Source of the DNA: a virus
Taxonomy: Duplodnaviria; Caudoviricetes
Strand: one strand, 5' to 3'
Virus record (IMG/VR): IMGVR_UViG_3300020043_002100
Coordinates: 1 to 55,556 of that record
DNA length: 55,556 nt
The position numbers and the translations under genes are program-made. The notes below the pieces were generated by a model, which saw only the letters and a list, made by a program, of their open reading frames with translations, searched no databases and was not told the DNA's origin. Positions 1 through 7,998 of the stretch are shown in pieces (the stretch's first letter is position 1; every line of letters begins with the position of its first letter).

Positions 1-29
1 ATAAACCAAGCCAAGAAAGGGCTAACACT

Positions 30-359
30 ATGATCACCGAATCCAAGCTGATCCTTCCCAAGTGTGACAATGAAGGCTATTCGTTGCATAACGAAGCCGC
101 CATGATTGAGACCGCAATTCTGCAACAGTTTGGCGGATACAATATCGCTGAATCCAAGGGCGCATGGCGTGACGACAAGACGGGCAAAGTCTATCGTGAT
201 GAATGCCTGACCTATACCATTGCAGCAGAATGGTCGCTACTGGACAACTGCATCTGGATGCGTCAAATCGCTAGCTATGCCTGTGCAATCATGCAACAAG
301 AGTGCGTCTATATGTGCCTTGACGGTCAAGTTGAATTTGTGGAAAGCTACATCAAATAA
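30..359 (+). CDS. Early protein, DUF3574/PII-like fold, possible SAM lyase
   Basis: 109 aa; FGGYN...GAWRDD.TG.VY.DE...QQECVY resembles DUF3574/phage SAM-lyase pattern; GAAAGGG RBS upstream. Confidence 0.45.
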   Translation: MITESKLILPKCDNEGYSLHNEAAMIETAILQQFGGYNIAESKGAWRDDKTGKVYRDECLTYTIAAEWSLLDNCIWMRQIASYACAIMQQECVYMCLDGQVEFVESYIK

Positions 360-362
360 AGC

Positions 363-411
363 TTGACTTAGTGTAGGCTTTAGTTAAAGCTAGAGCCTAT
401 CCATAAGTCAA
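363..411 (+). other. Long intergenic stem-loop (possible RNase III processing site)
   Basis: TTGACTTA..TAGGCTTTAGTT / AGCTAGAGCCTA..TAAGTCAA inverted repeat; no U tract. Confidence 0.6.
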
Positions 412-429
412 TACTAAGGAACTAAGATC

Positions 430-651
430 ATGTATAGCTATCGCATAAAGCTTACTGTAACATACTTGCCTAATCAATCTGTGCAAGTGTTTTACTGGAA
501 CAGGGATGAACAGCTTTGGGCGGATGAAGAGGGCGGAAACTTGTATCCTACAGCAAGGGGCGGCAACATAGTGCTTGACAAGCTATTCCGTAAAGCTTCC
601 TATGATCCAGAAGAGAGAAAAGAGTTTACGCTCTACACGGCATACAACTAA
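430..651 (+). CDS. Hypothetical early protein
   Basis: 73 aa ORF with AAGGA RBS. Confidence 0.75.
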   Translation: MYSYRIKLTVTYLPNQSVQVFYWNRDEQLWADEEGGNLYPTARGGNIVLDKLFRKASYDPEERKEFTLYTAYN

Positions 652-663
652 GGAACTACGATC

Positions 664-1260
664 ATGTATCAGCGCGACTGCATAGCTATCAGTAACCACG
701 CACAAAGCCATGCCCAAGGTTTGCTTGATGTTATGGCATTCACGTTCTGCACCATCCAAACGCCTCTCAAGCGGTGCCATGCACAGATGCAAGATATCCG
801 TGTCAATGGTGCTGAGGCTTCCGCTTTGTGGGGTGCTAAGCGTAGTGGCTATGAATATGCTGTGGCTAATTTGCAACAGTTGCATGGTGATATGCTGATG
901 CACCTTGACAATGGTGACGACGTTAAAGCTATGCTTACCATGCTGCAGGTGCCTTGCTTGGGCTTAGTCAAGGCTGGCTTTGTGTGTCAAATGTTTGGCT
1001 TTGATGTTTCGTGCCTTGACACGCATAATCTTAAGGCGCTGGGCCTTGATGTTAAAGATGTTAAACTTGACGCTAAATTGTCTCTTGACAAGCGTATCAA
1101 CAAGGTGCAAAGCTACATCAAGCTGACCAGAGATAACGGCGGTGCTGAGTATTTTTGGGACTTCTGGTGCAATTATGTCGCATCAAAGGGCGGCCTCAAC
1201 AAAGGGCTTGACAGTGGCGACATTGTTAGTGCATACCATGTTAAGTGTGTTATTGAGTAA
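664..1260 (+). CDS. HhH-GPD-like DNA glycosylase/AP lyase
   Basis: LQVPCLGLVKAGFVCQMFG helix-hairpin-helix followed by CLDTHN, as in the EndoIII/Ogg VDTH motif. Confidence 0.6.
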   Translation: MYQRDCIAISNHAQSHAQGLLDVMAFTFCTIQTPLKRCHAQMQDIRVNGAEASALWGAKRSGYEYAVANLQQLHGDMLMHLDNGDDVKAMLTMLQVPCLGLVKAGFVCQMFGFDVSCLDTHNLKALGLDVKDVKLDAKLSLDKRINKVQSYIKLTRDNGGAEYFWDFWCNYVASKGGLNKGLDSGDIVSAYHVKCVIE

Positions 1261-1298
1261 CTAAACCTAAACTCCATGCCTATAGAAAGGGCTAAACT

Positions 1299-1526
1299 AT
1301 GTTCGCTATCGTTGCAACCAAACCGCTGAATGACAACACCAAGGGCTTCCGCTACAACTTCTTTGGTATCAAGGGGCTGGTGCGTGTCCGTAAGATCAAA
1401 AGCCGTGGCTTTCGTGTGGAGCAAGGCAACTGCATGGTCAAGCTGCACCTTGGCAAAGTCACGATCTACAAGGAATTGAAGCTGAACAAAAAGACGCCAC
1501 GCATCTTGCAACACTTCGCTGGCTAG
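1299..1526 (+). CDS. Hypothetical basic protein
   Basis: 75 aa; GAAAGGGCTAAACT leader, nearly the same as the leader of the gene at 30. Confidence 0.75.
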   Translation: MFAIVATKPLNDNTKGFRYNFFGIKGLVRVRKIKSRGFRVEQGNCMVKLHLGKVTIYKELKLNKKTPRILQHFAG

Positions 1527-1559
1527 CTTTAGCTAGTAGTGGGTAAGGTGTAACTATAG

Positions 1560-1611
1560 TGCCACTATCTCTCTATCTCATTACTTGTACGAGTAGAAAC
1601 AGATAGTGGCA
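1560..1611 (+). other. Intergenic stem-loop
   Basis: TGCCACTATCT (1560-1570) pairs perfectly with AGATAGTGGCA (1601-1611), with further internal pairing. Confidence 0.6.
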
Positions 1612-1642
1612 TCAGTAGCTGCATTGTAAGGGAGAAACACAA

Positions 1643-1828
1643 ATGCACGTATCCAAACGCGACCGCTCTTTTCAGCGCCCTGATAAGCGTAGCATGGGAA
1701 GCGTCAAGATCAGCAAGGCTTTTGCTTTCGCTATGAAAGATGCACTTGACACGGATAAAGCTACGGCTTACAAGCAACAAGACGGAAAGAAGTACGGCAA
1801 CAGCAAAGGACACTACGATCATGGCTAA
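1643..1828 (+). CDS. Hypothetical protein
   Basis: 61 aa ORF with GGGAG RBS. Confidence 0.6.
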   Translation: MHVSKRDRSFQRPDKRSMGSVKISKAFAFAMKDALDTDKATAYKQQDGKKYGNSKGHYDHG

Positions 1829-2099
1829 GAATCTGTTTGGCAAAAGTGTAAAGCTTGAAGCACCCTACGCTATCTATCGTGGCTACGGCCCCTTCGGTGA
1901 CACTGAGGTGCGGGTGCTTAAGACCTACCAAAGCGTTGACAAGGAACGCAGCAACCCCTATGCTCGGTGGATGGTTGCAGTGAAGTCTGACTTTACTTAC
2001 GGCAGCTACGACATGGGTGACAGCTACATCAAGGAAGCTATTATGGGCTTGACTTTGGTTGAAGCTACTGATGAATGGAAAGGGGCGTACAATGTTTAA
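1821..2099 (+). CDS. Hypothetical protein
   Basis: Start reassigned to ATG 1821 (MAKNLFGK) after AAAGGA RBS. Confidence 0.75.
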   Translation: MAKNLFGKSVKLEAPYAIYRGYGPFGDTEVRVLKTYQSVDKERSNPYARWMVAVKSDFTYGSYDMGDSYIKEAIMGLTLVEATDEWKGAYNV

Positions 2100-2298
2100 G
2101 ATCGGTGACAAAGTGGTGATGGCTACTAATACCAGTGGCACTATTCCTGTAGGCGCAAAGGGTGTTGTGCAAGACATGGATGAAGGGGGAGTATACACCA
2201 TTATAGTTGACTTTGGTGACACCCTTTCACGTCAGGGCCATCGTATAGGCAGGGGCTGGCGCATGGCAGAGAGAGAGCTTGAACATGATTACGCTTGA
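2092..2298 (+). CDS. Small SH3/KOW-like paralog (MFKIGDKV)
   Basis: N-terminal F-K-I-G-D-K-V motif; AAGGGG RBS. Confidence 0.7.
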   Translation: MFKIGDKVVMATNTSGTIPVGAKGVVQDMDEGGVYTIIVDFGDTLSRQGHRIGRGWRMAERELEHDYA

Positions 2299-2722
2299 AG
2301 CAGGAAAGCGTTACGTCCGCAACGATGGTGTTGTGACTGGTGTTATGGCTGAGTGGTACCGTAATGATTATGTAACGGACCCCAACACAGGCAATTTGTA
2401 CACTACTGGTACAGGATGCCGCTACAGTAAAGACCCTTCACATCCCACGTCAATCAGCCACGAATATAAGGAGAACAATGAAGTGACCGCACAAGATACC
2501 ACTTTTGTTAAGACTGTGACGCGAAAAGAGATTAGGTGGCAAAAGGACGTGAACCCGAAGCAGCTTGGTTACGCTCGTATCTCTGTTGTGCCTGATGGTG
2601 ACAATCAAGTTGAAATTGTCATTGGCGCAGCTTGGAACACTAAGCAAAGCAACACCTTTGACAAAGAAAGCTTGACAAACCTTATTGCTGAGCTTACTGC
2701 TATTCGTGACGCTTTGAAGTAA
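2285..2722 (+). CDS. Hypothetical protein (MITLEAGKRY)
   Basis: ORF overlapping previous stop; N-terminus like the 5467/5689 paralogs. Confidence 0.7.
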   Translation: MITLEAGKRYVRNDGVVTGVMAEWYRNDYVTDPNTGNLYTTGTGCRYSKDPSHPTSISHEYKENNEVTAQDTTFVKTVTRKEIRWQKDVNPKQLGYARISVVPDGDNQVEIVIGAAWNTKQSNTFDKESLTNLIAELTAIRDALK

Positions 2723-2751
2723 CAACCAACACACACAAGGAGAACACAACT

Positions 2752-2985
2752 ATGACTAAGTTTAACATTGGCGACAAGGTGAAGATCAGCGCACAAGGTG
2801 CAGCATATTGGGGTGAATGGTGCGCTGGGCCTGACGACATGTATAACCCTACCAATGATGTAGGTACTGTGTTTGAGCACTGTGATCCTCCGTATCTTGA
2901 CTTGACTACTCGTGTTTGCTGGTCTAATGGTGTGACCAATAGCTACCACGACGAAGACCTTGACTTGGTAGTGGAACAGGAGTAA
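2752..2985 (+). CDS. Small SH3/KOW-like paralog (MTKFNIGDKV)
   Basis: 77 aa; AAGGAG RBS; motif. Confidence 0.75.
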   Translation: MTKFNIGDKVKISAQGAAYWGEWCAGPDDMYNPTNDVGTVFEHCDPPYLDLTTRVCWSNGVTNSYHDEDLDLVVEQE

Positions 2986-2991
2986 CAACAC

Positions 2992-3222
2992 ATGGCACAG
3001 AAGTTTGCAGTAGGCGACAAGGTTCGCTTCTTGGTGTATCAAGACGCTCATGATCTTGAAGGCAACGACATTGAAGTTGAAGTTGGTGAGGAGGGCGTAA
3101 TCATTGGTGTTGACATGAGCAAACCCTATTCCTACAGTGTCGCAGTAGCAGGAAAACCAGTTGAACTTTGGGATGATGCAGCTTGGCACATGCTACCACA
3201 TGAACTTGAACTTGTAGCTTAA
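2992..3222 (+). CDS. Small SH3/KOW-like paralog (MAQKFAVGDKV)
   Basis: 76 aa; AGGAG RBS; motif. Confidence 0.75.
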   Translation: MAQKFAVGDKVRFLVYQDAHDLEGNDIEVEVGEEGVIIGVDMSKPYSYSVAVAGKPVELWDDAAWHMLPHELELVA

Positions 3223-3234
3223 GGAGTAACTACT

Positions 3235-3426
3235 ATGCGTCAACAACAGTATGAGCAGGCACTGAAAGAAGTACGTGCAGCTTTGAAAGAGGGGCAGCGT
3301 ATGGAAATGCCGTATTTCTATTCTGATATCGCTATTGCCCTAATTGACAAGGTGTTGAAGAAAGTTGAAGATGAACGTGGCGCATCAATTCGTCGTGATG
3401 TAGCTAACAACTACAGCGGTCAGTAA
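3235..3426 (+). CDS. Hypothetical protein
   Basis: 63 aa; AAGGAG RBS. Confidence 0.7.
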   Translation: MRQQQYEQALKEVRAALKEGQRMEMPYFYSDIAIALIDKVLKKVEDERGASIRRDVANNYSGQ

Positions 3427-3464
3427 CAAGCACTACGATCATAGCAGCATAAGGAGATATAGAC

Positions 3465-3746
3465 ATGACTAAAGAAATCAAAGTTGGTGACACCGTTATC
3501 TATAACGGATATGAAGCTTTCAACGGATATGATGGAGTTATCAACATTGGACAGATTGGTGTTGTCAAATACGTTGAAGCTTTCTGTGAACCGTGGACAC
3601 ATCTTGTTGACTTCGGTGTTGGTGGTGTGCCTAAAGGTACGACTATTCCTGTTGATGATGCTGTGCTGGCTACGCTGGATATCTCTGGCCTTGAACCTAT
3701 GGAACCCGAAGCTGAAATCAATCTGTATGAAGGAGAAGCACAATGA
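3465..3746 (+). CDS. Small SH3/KOW-like paralog (MTKEIKVGDTV)
   Basis: 93 aa, acidic; AAGGAG RBS. Confidence 0.75.
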   Translation: MTKEIKVGDTVIYNGYEAFNGYDGVINIGQIGVVKYVEAFCEPWTHLVDFGVGGVPKGTTIPVDDAVLATLDISGLEPMEPEAEINLYEGEAQ

Positions 3747-3964
3747 GCAATTACAAGTTTAACGTAGGTGATCGCGTCGAAAGCCACAACACTTGGGACA
3801 TGCGAGAGTTTGGCAAAGTGATGCAAGGTGTTGTGGTAGAAGTAATTGACAATGATCCACTGTATCTTGCTTTCGTAGAAACAGCTGCACCCTTTCGTGT
3901 TCTGCTTGACGGTGTAACTGATCTTGGGCTATACTCTGCTGATGAACTGAAACTGGTACAATAG
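3743..3964 (+). CDS. Small SH3/KOW-like paralog (MSNYKFNVGDRV)
   Basis: 73 aa; ATGA overlap; motif. Confidence 0.75.
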   Translation: MSNYKFNVGDRVESHNTWDMREFGKVMQGVVVEVIDNDPLYLAFVETAAPFRVLLDGVTDLGLYSADELKLVQ

Positions 3965-3976
3965 GAGAACAAATCT

Positions 3977-4189
3977 ATGTCGTATACGTTGAAAGAAAGC
4001 ATCCAAGCTGATTCCATTAAGCGGCTGCTTGCTGGCGCTGATCCTGTAGAGTTGCTGTTTGCATTCCGCTTTGCTTCAACTGAGGAAGGTACTAACTACT
4101 GGTATGAACAAGTTGAAATGGATGTGTTGACGGATGAAGTTGTGCAGAAGCTGAAAGATATGCTTGCACTTGTTGGTGAGAAGGAGTAA
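3977..4189 (+). CDS. Hypothetical protein
   Basis: 70 aa; AGGAG RBS; AF.F..T.EG..YW phage motif. Confidence 0.75.
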   Translation: MSYTLKESIQADSIKRLLAGADPVELLFAFRFASTEEGTNYWYEQVEMDVLTDEVVQKLKDMLALVGEKE

Positions 4190-4193
4190 CACT

Positions 4194-4442
4194 ATGTTCA
4201 ACGTAGGCGATAAGGTTGTGTATGTGGGTGACGACTACAAGTTTGACAAGCATGAAGTAGCAGAAGATAACAGGGCGCATGGTATTGTGGTGGAGGTTGA
4301 TAATGATCCTACACGTACTGCTTGGACTATGTATGCTGTAGCTTTCAATAACATTGAAGCACCTTACAATGAGCTATACTGCTACACTGAGGAGCTTATG
4401 CGTGAAGAAGCAGCCAAAGAAACGGAACCTAATACACCGTGA
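4194..4442 (+). CDS. Small SH3/KOW-like paralog (MFNVGDKV)
   Basis: Start reassigned to ATG 4194 after AAGGAG. Confidence 0.75.
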   Translation: MFNVGDKVVYVGDDYKFDKHEVAEDNRAHGIVVEVDNDPTRTAWTMYAVAFNNIEAPYNELYCYTEELMREEAAKETEPNTP

Positions 4443-4530
4443 TCTGATGCTGCGCCTAAGTATGCTATGCGTGTTGTAGCTTCAAAGGTTAAGCGTAAGT
4501 ATCGCAAACGCAAACACAAGGATTATGTAG

Positions 4531-4755
4531 ATGGAGGGTGAACTATTGCTTTGCTACAAAGATATGACGTTCTGCCAAAGTGACTGCAGCAACACACGTT
4601 GTCACAGAAACTTCTCGCCGGAACAAAGGGCTAACGCTATCAAGTGGTGGGGTGATGACACTTTCCCTGTTGCACTCACTCCCGCTTTTCGTGTAGACTG
4701 CCCTGACTATGAACTTCCTGTTAACATGAAGGAGATTAACGATGTTGAAGCTTAA
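4531..4755 (+). CDS. Cys-rich hypothetical protein
   Basis: CYKDMTFC..DC....CHR...DC.DY pattern, likely metal-binding. Confidence 0.7.
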   Translation: MEGELLLCYKDMTFCQSDCSNTRCHRNFSPEQRANAIKWWGDDTFPVALTPAFRVDCPDYELPVNMKEINDVEA

Positions 4756-4984
4756 AGTTGGTGATAAAGCTGTGGTGTACGACAACACAGGTGATCACGA
4801 ATTTGAAATGGGTACTGTGGTACGGATTGTTGAGCTATGCGAAAATGAAGGTATTCCTGACCACTACTTCGCTGTACCTGAAAATGAAGAATTTAAGGGC
4901 AGCTACATGGACAGTGATGGCTGGTGGGTGGATGACGATGAAGTGTTCGCTCTTACGCAGGAAGAAGTAGCAGACATTGAGTGA
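4742..4984 (+). CDS. Small SH3/KOW-like paralog (MLKLKVGDKA)
   Basis: 80 aa, acidic; AAGGAG RBS. Confidence 0.75.
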   Translation: MLKLKVGDKAVVYDNTGDHEFEMGTVVRIVELCENEGIPDHYFAVPENEEFKGSYMDSDGWWVDDDEVFALTQEEVADIE

Positions 4985-5053
4985 AGCACTAGCGCCCCTT
5001 ATGTCACTGACTCTTATGGGGCTATACATATATTCGCTTGGAGTTTTTAACTG

Positions 5054-5260
5054 ATGGTGGTACAACATAAATATGAGGAGCGAAGCTACGCTTTCTACAA
5101 CACAGAAGGTCTTGTATCTATTGCTAAGCGTAAAGCAGAAGTGGTAAACAGTATAGAAGAAGCTGAGTGGATGGAAGAAGACGTATCGTCCCTGTACGCT
5201 GAGCTTGAAACAATCAAACGAGACATTGCTGGTGGTGCTACGTACTACCCAATGTTTTAG
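5054..5260 (+). CDS. Hypothetical protein
   Basis: 68 aa ORF; GGAG upstream. Confidence 0.6.
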   Translation: MVVQHKYEERSYAFYNTEGLVSIAKRKAEVVNSIEEAEWMEEDVSSLYAELETIKRDIAGGATYYPMF

Positions 5261-5276
5261 CTAGGAGTAACAACAC

Positions 5277-5453
5277 ATGACTACGCAGACGCTTAAGCTT
5301 AACGTAGATCAAGACACTACGATCATGGTGCAGATTAGTCACAGTGAAATGGATACTGATACATTCATTGATGAAGCTGTTGACATTATCCGTACCTACG
5401 AATATGATCCTGATCACTACCACTCTGTTAAAACTGAAACCACACAATATTGA
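5277..5453 (+). CDS. Hypothetical protein (58 aa, not in ORF track)
   Basis: AGGAG RBS; MTTQTLKLNVDQDTTIM...TTQY*. Confidence 0.65.
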   Translation: MTTQTLKLNVDQDTTIMVQISHSEMDTDTFIDEAVDIIRTYEYDPDHYHSVKTETTQY

Positions 5454-5466
5454 AGGAGAACACTAA

Positions 5467-5682
5467 ATGAAACTAGAAGCTGGCAAAAAGTACAACACCA
5501 TTGGTGCAGGGGTTGGTACTGCTAAGCGACACCCTAAGTGGGATGATGTAACTGCGCTATATTTTGATGATGAAACTCCTGATGCGCCTATCTACTACTA
5601 TGATGCAGATGAAGGTCGCAGCAATATCTCAAACCTAAACATCAAGTATAACGTTACAGGCGAATACACTGAACAGGAGTAA
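5467..5682 (+). CDS. Hypothetical protein, tandem paralog A
   Basis: 71 aa; MKLEAGKKY...DEGRSNIS...EYTEQE. Confidence 0.75.
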   Translation: MKLEAGKKYNTIGAGVGTAKRHPKWDDVTALYFDDETPDAPIYYYDADEGRSNISNLNIKYNVTGEYTEQE

Positions 5683-5904
5683 CACTAAATGAAGATTGAA
5701 GTAGGGGAGACATACACAACTGTAGGTGGGTGGCTTGCCACTGTAAAACTACAAGACTCCTGTGGACACTTCTACGTACATCATAAAGTCCCAAATGGAG
5801 CATGTTTTATGTGGCACTACCCCGATGAAGAGGGACGTAGCAATTTAAGCCGCAAAGGTAATACCAGATTCGATTTGATTGAAGAATACACTGAACAGGA
5901 GTAA
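5662..5904 (+). repeat. 21-nt direct repeat GAATACACTGAACAGGAGTAA
   Basis: Identical copies at 5662-5682 and 5884-5904, each spanning a gene end and the next RBS. Confidence 0.85.
5689..5904 (+). CDS. Hypothetical protein, tandem paralog B
   Basis: 71 aa; MKIEVGETY...EEGRSNLS...EYTEQE. Confidence 0.75.
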   Translation: MKIEVGETYTTVGGWLATVKLQDSCGHFYVHHKVPNGACFMWHYPDEEGRSNLSRKGNTRFDLIEEYTEQE

Positions 5905-5910
5905 TACTAC

Positions 5911-7017
5911 ATGAAGCTACCACGAAACGTAACACGATACAAACTTAGTAGTGGTGGCTTCATGTATCGCTTTAACCCTACGCAAGACTTGGTTGACAAC
6001 AGGATTGTTGAACGTAAAAACTTAGGCTCAGATAAGCGTAAAGCACTGTCTGATGCAGCAAAGCTAAACCGCCTCATTGACGACTATAGAGCAGGCAAAA
6101 TAGCTGGTGCTATGCCTAGCCCCAACACCAAGCTGCAGCAGCTAGTGACAGCCTATTATGCTAGCAATAAGTTTAAGGCTTTGGCTAACCACACACAGAT
6201 CACTTATGAGTATGCTTTGCGTGACTTGTGTAATGCTACGTATGAAGGTAAACGCTTAGGTGACATGCGTATGCAAGACATTGGAGTTAAGCATTGCAAC
6301 CATGTGTATCAGCAGTGGGTGACTAAGGGTGTTACTACAGCTAACAGCAAGCGTCGAGTGTGCAGCGTTGTGTTTAACTTCGCAATGAAGCTTGAGGCTA
6401 TCCAGCGTAACCCGATGGCGCTTGTTGATGCTGTTACTTCAAAGACACGTAAGGTGATGTGGACTAAGCCGCAGATTAAAGACTTCTTGACTGTAGCTTA
6501 CAGTGACTTTAGGTATCGCAGCATCGGATTGATTGTGCATATGGCATATGAGTGGTGCCAGCGTGTAGGTGATATGCGTACACTGACTTGGGATAGCATT
6601 GACCTTGAAGCCCAGCGCGTTACCATTACGCAAAGCAAGAGAGGTGCCACTGTTCACTTGCCTATTACTGCAGGCTTAACTAAGATGCTGAAACAACAGA
6701 AGCAAGACTTCCAGCAGTACACGGACTACGTTGTACCACATCACAGATCATCCGATAATGCTTGGCGTTGCTACACACCGCAACAGATAGCTGCACTTGT
6801 GAATGAGGTGAAGGAGAAAGCAGGACTACCAGTGGAGCTTAAAGCTTGGGACTTGCGTAGAACTGGCATCACTGAATTAGTTGAAGCTGGTGTTGACATA
6901 CTCAGTGTGATGCAAGTTAGTGGGCATTCAAGTCCGCAGAGTGTTAAGCCTTACTTGGTCAATACTTTTGAAGGTGCAAAGAATGCACTGTCACACAGAG
7001 AAACAATGGAGTTGTAA
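5911..7017 (+). CDS. int: Tyrosine recombinase/integrase
   Basis: 368 aa; QRVGD (R), QSKRG (K), WDLRRT, SGHSS...KPY catalytic motifs. Confidence 0.92.
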   Translation: MKLPRNVTRYKLSSGGFMYRFNPTQDLVDNRIVERKNLGSDKRKALSDAAKLNRLIDDYRAGKIAGAMPSPNTKLQQLVTAYYASNKFKALANHTQITYEYALRDLCNATYEGKRLGDMRMQDIGVKHCNHVYQQWVTKGVTTANSKRRVCSVVFNFAMKLEAIQRNPMALVDAVTSKTRKVMWTKPQIKDFLTVAYSDFRYRSIGLIVHMAYEWCQRVGDMRTLTWDSIDLEAQRVTITQSKRGATVHLPITAGLTKMLKQQKQDFQQYTDYVVPHHRSSDNAWRCYTPQQIAALVNEVKEKAGLPVELKAWDLRRTGITELVEAGVDILSVMQVSGHSSPQSVKPYLVNTFEGAKNALSHRETMEL

Positions 7018-7018
7018 C

Positions 7019-7195
7019 ATGAATGAAGATGGTAGTGCTTTCTTTTTAGGCTGTATCGTTGGTGCCGCAGTCGCTGTGTTTTTTACGATACATATTCTTA
7101 ATGGAGACTGGCATGTTGATCTTATCAATCGTGGCTACGCTATCTATTGCCCTGATGATGGAGGCTTTGCATATAAAGGAGAGTGCGACAAATGA
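7019..7195 (+). CDS. Small membrane protein
   Basis: ATG 7019; hydrophobic helix AFFLGCIVGAAVAVFF. Confidence 0.6.
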   Translation: MNEDGSAFFLGCIVGAAVAVFFTIHILNGDWHVDLINRGYAIYCPDDGGFAYKGECDK

Positions 7196-7286
7196 GCAAC
7201 AGCAAGAATGAACCCATCACAAAGGAGTGGAAGTATGTTAAAAGGAATGTTGACAGAAACGCTCCATCCTCTAAGGAGTAGTAGCT

Positions 7287-7547
7287 ATGTACACTAGCGA
7301 CTGGATTGAGAATACAGGTGTTATGCCTATGTATCTAACAGAAGACGTTAAGCTTGAAGTTATGTATTCTGATGGTTACACTACTATTGGCTACGATTAT
7401 GATGATACAGCGTTGTGGAAGCTTGAAGGTAACACTACAGACATTGATGTGTATCGCTACATTTATGCTGGTACATCAATTGAAGAGCAAGAAGATAAAG
7501 CCGACAATGAGTACAACAAGCGTAAGGAGGATGGCTACTATGACTGA
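7287..7547 (+). CDS. Hypothetical protein
   Basis: 86 aa; WIENTG.MP...W...DI..YR phage motif; AAGGAG RBS. Confidence 0.7.
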   Translation: MYTSDWIENTGVMPMYLTEDVKLEVMYSDGYTTIGYDYDDTALWKLEGNTTDIDVYRYIYAGTSIEEQEDKADNEYNKRKEDGYYD

Positions 7548-7998
7548 TGAATATCTTATTGCTATGCTGCGTAACAATGTTGGTGTAAGTGAGGCAGCTT
7601 GTAGAGCAGCTAAAGCAGCAGCTAAAGCAGCAGCGGACAGGATTGAACAGCTTATTGTAGAGAGGGATGCTGCTACGGCTGCGGCGTATGAGGTGGCGGA
7701 GAAGGCTGTAGCGGAAGCCTGTGTGTTTTCCGACGATGATACAGATGGTGAGACTGCCGCAAAGGTTATTGCCCTAGGTCGCGCGGGAAAAGCAATCCGC
7801 GCCCTCGAACCGCAGCCCGACCCACGCGACGAGGTGATTGCTCGGCTGGTGGATGCGTTGGCTAAGCTGCGCGACCTGATGTGTGAGGCCATTGAAGATG
7901 ATGACGGAAATTCAGGATGCGGTCAGTGCGAAAATGATTGTACAGGCTGCATCGCTCACGCCGCCATCGCAGCGGCCAAGGCGGTGCAGAATGACTAA
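7540..7998 (+). CDS. Hypothetical Ala-rich protein
   Basis: Start reassigned to ATG 7540 after AAGGAGG; 3' part visibly GC-richer. Confidence 0.65.
   Translation: MTDEYLIAMLRNNVGVSEAACRAAKAAAKAAADRIEQLIVERDAATAAAYEVAEKAVAEACVFSDDDTDGETAAKVIALGRAGKAIRALEPQPDPRDEVIARLVDALAKLRDLMCEAIEDDDGNSGCGQCENDCTGCIAHAAIAAAKAVQND

Noticed and set aside
421-5916. Early-region repeats as a CRISPR array
   Set aside because: Repeats are short (11-21 nt), irregularly spaced and separated by whole genes.
7196-7286. attP site downstream of the integrase
   Set aside because: No recognisable tRNA 3'-end core or arm repeats; needs a host genome comparison.
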